Of a DNA stretch of 64,000 nucleotides, positions 56,831-64,000 are shown piece by piece (the stretch's first letter is position 1; the number at the start of each line of letters is the position of its first letter). Below the pieces are notes generated by a model that worked only from the letters and a program-made list of their open reading frames with translations, was not told the origin of the DNA and searched no databases. This DNA is from Vampirovibrionales bacterium (GTDB lineage: Bacteria > Cyanobacteriota > Vampirovibrionia > Vampirovibrionales > JAJTHC01). The stretch is taken from assembly GCA_044346175.1 (NCBI GenBank), contig JBIIZQ010000008.1:3160-67159 (forward strand), read 5' to 3'. Both the position numbers and the translations under genes were made by a program.

Positions 56831-58759
56831 TTACAACGGATAACCATCAGACGACGTAATACCTGATACATGCCCGCCATGGGCTGGATGAACCTGCTGA
56901 ATCCATTGTTGATAGTACGCCTTGGGGGTATTGAGTAAGCCTTCTTCATAGTGCCAACGTCCAGACAGATTGGCTGTATCCGACTGAGTCATGTGAGGAT
57001 GTCCAAACCATACATAGCGTTGACATCCCTGTGCAATGAAAGGTGCTGAGGTATTGACTATTAAAGCCCAAGGAAACGCAGGCGTACCAGCCACGGCAAG
57101 AAGCTGTCGCATGAGTGCCGTACGTTCCTGCCATGGTAGGATATTCAACAAATCATCTAAAAGTAAAAGCTCAGGTTGTTGTAAGAGGTTTTGTGCAAGT
57201 AAAACTCTCACTTTTAAAGAACTCTCAATATTACAGCCCGCTTGCAGTACCTCGGTTTCTAACCCATGGGGTAATTGAGAGAGTGCTGCATCTAGGCCTG
57301 TGAGTGCAAGGACTTGTGAGACCAATACAGGGTTGGTTTCACGGTAGGGTAAACCCATGAAAATGTTGTCTGCTAGCGTACCTTGCAGTAACCCCTGCTG
57401 TTCTAAGCTTAAATAAGCTACTTTGTGGTGCCACTGTAATAGAGACACGCTACGAACATCAACCCCATGTAGTTCACATAGTCCTTGCTCAGGTAAGGCG
57501 AGTCCTGCACAGACACGTAACACATAGTGCCGTAGTGCGTTGGAGTCCACGGTACCCACCAGTGCGAGGGTTTCCCCTGCACGCAACCCTAAATAAGGTA
57601 AAACAAATGATGCTTCAGAGGCAGGGGTGTGTGTGTGCGTGTCGGGCTTAATATATAACTGCTTTAAGATCAGCAAGGGCAAAGCATTTTGCGTGGTGGC
57701 TGTGAGGGATATATTGGGTAAACTTACGGGGTTGGAGGTCGTTTCAAGGAGCGGCAGTTCGGTGAGCATGGCGATTTTCTCCAAACTGGTCATGAGGTCA
57801 AACCCTGGTTCAAATAATTGAATCAGTTTGTCCATTGCCACGAGCATCTGTAGTACCACAAGTTCACTGGCAACCAATTGACCAAGGGTCATCTGTTTTT
57901 GAATGACCAAGGTACCACCGAGTGCGAGAATCCCGACACTGGCAATGGCATAAAAGAAAAAATGAGACGTTAACACACGGAATAAGACCTTGAAATGTGC
58001 CTTACGAGCATCCAAATACATCATTAAATGATGATCCGTGACGGTATGCCAAAAATTCTGCGAGGCATGACGGCGTACCCGAACTTGTGCCCCAGCAAGG
58101 TCCTGCAACCAACTCCCCAATGTGTATTTATGATGGGATTCTTCCATACTACTTGCCAACCCGCCATGGCTTAAGCCAAAAATAGCCAATGCCAAGAACA
58201 AGATAATGCCTATATCAAAAATCCAAAGGCTAGGATGATAAATCCCCAGAATAATCAAACCAATGAGCAAACTAATACATGAGGCAGGTCCATCGGTTAG
58301 CAGTTTTGCCCACACCTTTTGAAGGTTGACGACATCAAAAAAGCGATTCAAATGCTCAGGAGGATACGTCGTTTTAAGGTTAAATGGCTGTGCAAGGAGG
58401 AGGCGGTCAGTGATTTGCAACGCCACTCTTACAAAAATACGTTGTTGTAAGGTTTCAATCAAGCTGATACTCATCGCACGAATCACCGCCACCATGAGCA
58501 GTACACCAAGTAGAATCGCACTCAAAGTAATGAGTTGTTGGAACAAGACACCCGCCGCAATCGTATTGACTAAGGCTTGTGCTGTCAGCGGTACCGCTAG
58601 GGTCAGTAACGTGACCACTAAGGTGTAGGCTATGAGAATGACCACATCTTTCTTGTCTTGGACCATGAGGGGCGATAACCGATGAAAAACCCACGTCCAA
58701 TCGTAGTGCTGGTCATGGTGTCCATGATGAGAAGAAGAGGAAGCTTGTGCCATCATCAT
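56831..58759 (-). CDS. Type I secretion-type ABC transporter (TMD plus degenerate NBD)
   Basis: L.LAVPL..QALVN, NRFFDVV..QK, TLGQLVASE TMD motifs; NBD lacks Walker A GK[ST] and LSGGQ. Confidence 0.85.
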   Translation of the reverse strand: MMMAQASSSSHHGHHDQHYDWTWVFHRLSPLMVQDKKDVVILIAYTLVVTLLTLAVPLTAQALVNTIAAGVLFQQLITLSAILLGVLLMVAVIRAMSISLIETLQQRIFVRVALQITDRLLLAQPFNLKTTYPPEHLNRFFDVVNLQKVWAKLLTDGPASCISLLIGLIILGIYHPSLWIFDIGIILFLALAIFGLSHGGLASSMEESHHKYTLGSWLQDLAGAQVRVRRHASQNFWHTVTDHHLMMYLDARKAHFKVLFRVLTSHFFFYAIASVGILALGGTLVIQKQMTLGQLVASELVVLQMLVAMDKLIQLFEPGFDLMTSLEKIAMLTELPLLETTSNPVSLPNISLTATTQNALPLLILKQLYIKPDTHTHTPASEASFVLPYLGLRAGETLALVGTVDSNALRHYVLRVCAGLALPEQGLCELHGVDVRSVSLLQWHHKVAYLSLEQQGLLQGTLADNIFMGLPYRETNPVLVSQVLALTGLDAALSQLPHGLETEVLQAGCNIESSLKVRVLLAQNLLQQPELLLLDDLLNILPWQERTALMRQLLAVAGTPAFPWALIVNTSAPFIAQGCQRYVWFGHPHMTQSDTANLSGRWHYEEGLLNTPKAYYQQWIQQVHPAHGGHVSGITSSDGYPL

Positions 58760-59114
58760 AAAGAAAAAATTTCTCGTGTTGTAAATCGAACAAAATCACC
58801 TAAGGAAATTTTGGCATAAAACAGCCTGCATCATGACAACTGTCAGCGTTTAGGGAGTCGTCCTAGAAAACAGGTAAGGGTGGTTTACAATAAAAACAGA
58901 GGGTTGCGTCTATCAAAAATGTGTGTGATGCCTCATGAGTGTGAAGCATGAGTTATGAAACAGAAGTTATGGCAACTATTGTAACATAAATAAATCACGC
59001 AACACTCTCATGAGGCTTTTTAACCCCCTACGTCAAAACATACACCCAACAGAAACCAGATAGCAGAGGAGGTATATACTGGCGTGGTTATCGTGTATGG
59101 GTGTGTGTATGTCC

Positions 59115-60056
59115 TTAAGGGGTAAATACCCGTAAAGATAAACATTTGGTCGAGCCACCAGCCTTCAAAAACTCACTGACATCGACTTCCAAAGCTTGAA
59201 TACCTTTTGCTCGTAGCGTGGCTACTAATTCAGGGCTTCCTTGATTAAACACCAAGCTATCGCCCACACTAATGGCGTTGCAAGCAAAATTGGCGGCTTC
59301 ATCGGCTGAAACAGGAATCCGTAAACGCTCAGGAACATGGTACTCAATGACTTGCCGTCCGTAATCGTCAAAGGCCTCTGGGGCGTAGATAAAATGTCCT
59401 GTCTCCATGGGGCAACAGCACACATCAATATGGTAAAAGCGTGGGTTTTTCAGTTCCAAGGGTAGTACAGGTAAACCGCATACTTGAGCGATATCTAAAT
59501 GGGCTTGAAAATGACTTCTGGCACGATACCCAGCAAATACCAATTCATTACGCCAAATCAGTGCATCTCCCGCACCTTCAAAAGGAACATCTTCAGGGGT
59601 TTCTAAAACGTCATACCCGTAAGTCTTAAACCAAGCTGCCGCTAAAGGTGTTTCGCCTTGCCGCTCGGGGTTTTTATAACGGGCGAGCAATGCCTTATTG
59701 CCCCACATAAAGGCATGGTTTGCCGTAAAAACAATATCGGGTAAGCCCGGTGCTGCAGGCATGGTGACAACTTTAGCACCCGCTTTAGTTTCTAGGGTGT
59801 CTACAAGGGTTTCCCACTGTCTTTGTGCTTTTTGGGCATCAACAGGTACGCCTGTTTCCATCCAAGGGTTAATGACATAGGAAACCTCAAAAAACGTCGG
59901 TGGACACATCAAAATGGTGGGCTTATCCCATCCATGGCGTTGTGATAACGTCTCCATGGCGGGTTGATACGTTGTGAACGTATCCTGAAAAGAGGATGAA
60001 AGGTTTTTTGGGGGTACCATCGTAGCATGGGTGTTTATTGAAAGAGGGGTTGTCAT
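59115..60056 (-). CDS. Amidinotransferase-family protein similar to the arginine dihydrolase domain of cyanobacterial ArgZ/AgrE
   Basis: LMCPP..F.V.YVINPWM, PD.VFTAN, ERQGE, FEGAGDAL, FYH.D, FACNA, EFLKAGG..KCL. Confidence 0.9.
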   Translation of the reverse strand: MTTPLSINTHATMVPPKNLSSSFQDTFTTYQPAMETLSQRHGWDKPTILMCPPTFFEVSYVINPWMETGVPVDAQKAQRQWETLVDTLETKAGAKVVTMPAAPGLPDIVFTANHAFMWGNKALLARYKNPERQGETPLAAAWFKTYGYDVLETPEDVPFEGAGDALIWRNELVFAGYRARSHFQAHLDIAQVCGLPVLPLELKNPRFYHIDVCCCPMETGHFIYAPEAFDDYGRQVIEYHVPERLRIPVSADEAANFACNAISVGDSLVFNQGSPELVATLRAKGIQALEVDVSEFLKAGGSTKCLSLRVFTP

Positions 60057-60179
60057 AGGAAGGGAGCCTTATACCATATACCATTAACGAGAGACCATGG
60101 CATCATGAGAGAAACACTAAGCATGATGTGCGAATTGGGGAGTATATTCAAAAAACAGGTGTGCTATTTTAAGCAATGC

Positions 60180-60776
60180 CTACTGCCATAATACCCCTTG
60201 TGTCCCCATAACCACCGTTTCACGCTCATGGTCTACTTGGGCGAGCGGTGTAAGTGTGGCAGTGTGTGCTTCGGCATGAATGGCAATGACCCACTGATGG
60301 CTCTGGTGCAAAGAGGCTTGACGACTACTGACCATCACGGGCCATACTTCTTGTGAGGAAACCAATACCCCTTGAGGTAGTTTTTGGGCAAAGACCCCCT
60401 GAAGTGTCAAAGGTGCTTGGGCTTGAATATGACGTGGGGCTAAGGTCTCAATGGATTTCATGGGCTTTGCATCGGTAGTCAGGGTTTGAGAGCTATCTTG
60501 TGTATCCAAGCGTCGAGCAGGCTCAAGTTGTACGCCGTAGGGCATCAATGCCGTGCATACTTCTGTAAGATGAGCTTCATCTTTGACAAAAAGGGTTATG
60601 CTCAGGAAGGAAAAGTCTTTTTTTGAGGGGCCAATGTGTAACGCATTGAGTTCAAAAGAGGCTTGATGTTGTTCAATCGTATCAATGATTTTGGCAAGGG
60701 TTAAAGAGTCTACTAAATGACCATCTACCCGAAGAACACGTTGCAATACCAAAGCAGGTTGAGAAAACATCATCAT
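60180..60776 (-). CDS. Protein resembling the N-terminal part of the LOR/SDH (TIGR00300) region, i.e. the ArgZ middle domain; no C-terminal domain
   Basis: RV.GHLVDS..L.KI.D.I....ASF......IG..K...S; ends VVMG..GV; (ATG)3 start at 60776. Confidence 0.6.
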   Translation of the reverse strand: MMMFSQPALVLQRVLRVDGHLVDSLTLAKIIDTIEQHQASFELNALHIGPSKKDFSFLSITLFVKDEAHLTEVCTALMPYGVQLEPARRLDTQDSSQTLTTDAKPMKSIETLAPRHIQAQAPLTLQGVFAQKLPQGVLVSSQEVWPVMVSSRQASLHQSHQWVIAIHAEAHTATLTPLAQVDHERETVVMGTQGVLWQ

Positions 60777-61204
60777 AAAACCGAATCCTTTAAAATAAAG
60801 ACGCAATGCACACACAAAAAACGTTATGGCAATGATAGGGGCTACAGTGACATGATTTTGCCATGAGAATGGTACCATCGCTCAGGGAATGCTACTAGGC
60901 TATCCCAAGCCACTGCCTACTATACCAAGCATAACTAGTCGGGAGGGTTTTAGACAATGCCCTCAATCGTATCAGTGCTGTGTATGTCTCCAAAAGATAA
61001 ACTTTTATTAAGATTCTTACCCATGATGTAGGATAGTCGGGCGTACTTTATTTTGCTAAACTCAAGGCAGTACACTTTTGCATCATGACACTTTTACCTT
61101 TACCAGTTTGTTGCCGTTGTTGGTATCCGTAACTTGCCTGCCTTATGCCTCATTGATTGGTGCTTCGTGCTTATTTAAATTGCTCAAGGAGTCTTATCTT
61201 TCTC

Positions 61205-62464
61205 ATGATGATGATGTCAAACCAAGATAGAAACCATCCCAAAGCCTCTTCGACCAGTGAACGTCAAGCAAAACTTGCCATGCTTTTTGGCGGCTTGGCA
61301 CTTTTGGTCTCTTTGTTTAGTTTGGTGCTTTCTGTTAAGGAAGAAGCCTTTGCCAAACGCATGCTTGGTCAGAGTTTTTCAGCCGCTACAGAAGGGGGCA
61401 TCCGTCCCTCTCAGGCACTGCCTCTTCAGGGTAAAGGTATCTTTGGTATGCCTGAAAGCTTGGTGGCGGATGTGGCAAGTAGTGTCGCCCCCAGTGTTGT
61501 GAATATTGACACAGAAACCGAACAACGTATTCAACGTACGCCTTTTGACGGACTTTTTGGCGGTGGACTTTTTGGCTCGTTCTTTGGCGAGCAAGGCGGT
61601 ATGTTTAATGATGTGCCACAAGAAGAAACACGCAAGGTGCTAGGGAATGGCAGTGGTATGATTCTTGATACCCAAGGACACATTCTCACGAATGACCATG
61701 TGATACGACAAGCCGATAAAATGGTTGTTACCCTTAATAACGGTAAACAGCTTCCTGCGAAACTCATCGGTAGAGACCCACTCACAGACCTTGCCGTGAT
61801 TCAAGTAAAGGGCGATGCCCTGAAAGCCCTTCCCTTTGGTACGTCTAAAACTTTACGCCCTGGGCAGTGGGTGTTAGCGATTGGTTCTCCACTCGGGTTT
61901 GACCATACCGTGACGCTTGGGATTATCAGCGGTATTTCAAGACGTATTCCTGACCTCAGTAGTGACGTGGATTATATTCAAACCGATGCTGCCATCAATC
62001 CAGGCAACTCAGGGGGCCCTCTTGTTGACTTACAGGGGCAGATTATCGGTATCAATACGGCGATTTCAGGGAAGGCGCAAAACATTGGGTTTGCAATTCC
62101 AGCAGATACCGCCAAAGAAGTTGCCCAAGCCCTCATCACCCAAGGGCGTGTGATTCGTCCTTATGTGGGTGTTTCTACCGCAGCCCTTAATGCCGACATC
62201 CTTAAAAGTTTGAACTTACCCCTTGATACCAAAGGAGTTGTTGTGGCGAAAGTCATTGAAGGTTCTCCTGCATCTCAAGCAGGGCTACAAGTGGGGGATG
62301 TGATTCAACGTGTGAATGAGACCCCTGTGGTAGAGCCTGAAATTCTGCGAAAAACCGTTCGTACCGCAGGCATTGGTAAGCCGATTCGTTTACTGGTGTT
62401 GCGAGAAGGCAAGCTTACGGGCATGACCCTTACGACTAAGGAATATCCTCAGTCGGGTTCTTAA
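61205..62464 (+). CDS. HtrA/DegP-family serine protease with single PDZ (HhoA/HhoB-like)
   Basis: TM anchor, PSVVNI, GSG.I, LTNDHV, DLAVI, IQTDAAINPGNSGGPL, PDZ; (ATG)4 start. Confidence 0.95.
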   Translation: MMMMSNQDRNHPKASSTSERQAKLAMLFGGLALLVSLFSLVLSVKEEAFAKRMLGQSFSAATEGGIRPSQALPLQGKGIFGMPESLVADVASSVAPSVVNIDTETEQRIQRTPFDGLFGGGLFGSFFGEQGGMFNDVPQEETRKVLGNGSGMILDTQGHILTNDHVIRQADKMVVTLNNGKQLPAKLIGRDPLTDLAVIQVKGDALKALPFGTSKTLRPGQWVLAIGSPLGFDHTVTLGIISGISRRIPDLSSDVDYIQTDAAINPGNSGGPLVDLQGQIIGINTAISGKAQNIGFAIPADTAKEVAQALITQGRVIRPYVGVSTAALNADILKSLNLPLDTKGVVVAKVIEGSPASQAGLQVGDVIQRVNETPVVEPEILRKTVRTAGIGKPIRLLVLREGKLTGMTLTTKEYPQSGS

Positions 62465-62529
62465 GGTGTGTGGGCATTTGCTTAGGGGGCGTAGCCTCGA
62501 TAACGACTGACTGCATAACGAAAAATCAT

Positions 62530-62554
62530 CCTCTCCCTTTGCGGGAGGGAGAGG
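62530..62554. terminator. Hairpin between convergent htrA-like and GNAT genes
   Basis: CCTCTCCCT-N7-AGGGAGAGG. Confidence 0.55.
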
Positions 62555-62579
62555 GTAAATAACCTCTTAAACGCCTTTT

Positions 62580-63203
62580 TTAACCCTTTAGGGCGTACCA
62601 CTGTGGTTTGAGCATGTCGTAATACAGGACAGGCTCGCCATAGTCTTTGACGGTTTCAAGGTACTGGAAGCCTAACTTCTCAACAATCGTATGAGACTTT
62701 TTGTTGGATTCAAAAAATCCAACCACAAGCCTAGGAAGTGCCATCACTTCAAAAGCATACTGTAGGGTGGCGTGGACAACCTCTGTGGCAATACCACCTC
62801 CCCAAAACTCGGGCATCAGGGAGACTCTTACTTCGTAGGCTTTTTCTCGTTCAGGATGATACTGCTTAAATTGCAAACCAACACGCCCTACAAAGCGTGG
62901 TTCAGGTTGGTCGGTTGTGGGTTTTGTCATCATTTTGAGCTGAGAAATACCATGTACTTCAAATTCAGTCTGATACTCTTGGAGTTCTGCCATGACACGT
63001 TCATCCGAGCTATAGCCTGTAAAAGTGGTAGGGTATACGGAAGGGTGCTGATGCAAGGCTTTCAGAAGAGGGAAATCCGCCACAGTAAAAGGATAACATT
63101 GTACACGTGGGGTTTCATATAAGGGTGTTTCAGAGGAAGGAGCGATAGGGCATCCAGTGCCTTCTAGCACGGGTTGTGACAAAAAAGAGGTCAGCGTATC
63201 CAT
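62580..63203 (-). CDS. RimJ/RimL-type GNAT N-acetyltransferase
   Basis: ETPR, FVGRVGL, PEFWGGGIATE, YAF....L, N..S..IVEKLGF. Confidence 0.9.
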   Translation of the reverse strand: MDTLTSFLSQPVLEGTGCPIAPSSETPLYETPRVQCYPFTVADFPLLKALHQHPSVYPTTFTGYSSDERVMAELQEYQTEFEVHGISQLKMMTKPTTDQPEPRFVGRVGLQFKQYHPEREKAYEVRVSLMPEFWGGGIATEVVHATLQYAFEVMALPRLVVGFFESNKKSHTIVEKLGFQYLETVKDYGEPVLYYDMLKPQWYALKG

Positions 63204-63526
63204 AAAAGAGGGTGTTCCTTGAATGAGGAGGCACAAAGTAAAGGCTAATAAAGAAACTTAATGCCATGTCGCTTTGCATCGGGCTTGCGATAAAGGAAAG
63301 GCATATACAAGAAAATGCTTGAGATAATTTAGGAGGGTATTGATACTAGTGATTAACTTTTTATTAAGATGCGAATACTCCTTGATGATACTACAAATAG
63401 AAAAACCCTTCATCTAAAAAACGTACCCTATACAGGGCAATCGCATGAAGGCTTGCATCTTAAAACCGTTTTCACTCACCTTATTTCACTCATCTTACTT
63501 AGCACCGCCTTCATTGGTATCCTATT

Positions 63527-63626
63527 GTAGGGGAGGGTTTATAACCCTCCCGTTAGGGTTGTTTGTGTATGCCGTTTGTCGTTTTTACGGTGGGTTTTTG
63601 CGGGAGGGTTATAAACCCTCCCCTAC
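63527..63626. repeat. REPIN-like doublet: perfect 26-bp inverted repeats of a GTAG-class REP around a 48-bp spacer
   Basis: GTAGGGGAGGGTTTATAACCCTCCCG (63527-63552) and its exact reverse complement (63601-63626). Confidence 0.88.
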
Positions 63627-63636
63627 TGTAAGCCCT

Positions 63637-63664
63637 CTGGATTCCGACATGCGTCGGAATGACG
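63637..63664. repeat. GGATTCC...GGAATGAC-type palindromic repeat
   Basis: CTGGATTCCGAC-ATGC-GTCGGAATGACG; resembles the widespread GTCATTCCCGCG...GCGGGAATCC repeat class. Confidence 0.6.
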
Positions 63665-64000
63665 GTGTAAGGTGATAGTCCTATGCTCAGACTGTTTACA
63701 TCGGTGATGACGTGAGAAAACAGGTGCGATGCAGCCTCATGTGCTAAACCCCCACCTAAAAAAAGGGGGTTGTACAAAAAGAGACTTACTAGGTACACTA
63801 GTAGATAGGAAAAGTAGGTAAAAGTGCTTGAGCCTTGACAGGACTTGTCTTACAACTTTCTTAACAAGTGTACGCTTTCATGTAAAAAGTGTCCTTGAGT
63901 GAGTCAGTATCAGGGATTCTCCTTTTCACCTTATCATCACACCATATACCCACCACCACACCACAGATACGCATCATGCTGTTGTTGTTCAAGGTAGGGG

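Noticed and set aside
63445-63798. Two short ORFs (76 and 81 aa) near the right end, and the many short antisense ORFs inside long genes
   Set aside because: They translate repeat DNA or shadow real genes, with no recognisable motifs.

Overview
Bacterial chromosomal segment with about 50 genes and no rRNA, CRISPR array, integrase or transposase. Cyanobacteria-like genes (ArgZ-type amidinotransferase, HhoA-like protease, small PepSY-TM protein, glyQ unlinked from glyS, tRNA without encoded CCA) occur with flagellar genes and proteins carrying low-complexity N-termini ending in RFG. This suggests a non-photosynthetic cyanobacterial relative (Vampirovibrionia/Melainabacteria), by inference only. 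Content: housekeeping genes (tRNA-Trp, secE, icd, xseB, hemB, glyQ, valS, purA, apt, trpC, trpD, ychF, a HisA-HisIE fusion), flagellar and chemotaxis genes (flgN-like, flgK, flgL, HDOD, cheD-like, maf), two ABC export systems, and two AT-richer defence-like inserts (a Dsr1-like sirtuin split by one in-frame TAA, and an OLD-like ATPase-TOPRIM). Most unusual points: a mobC-relaxase pair packed directly behind glyQ with no other mobile-element genes; a degenerate CCA-enzyme-like nucleotidyltransferase with an effector-like leader next to the split sirtuin; tandem (ATG)3-4 starts in many genes; near absence of GATC; several apparent pseudo-enzymes (CheD, thiolase, ABC NBD); and an unfused, order-reversed ArgZ. 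All family calls come from motif recognition by eye, with no database searches.
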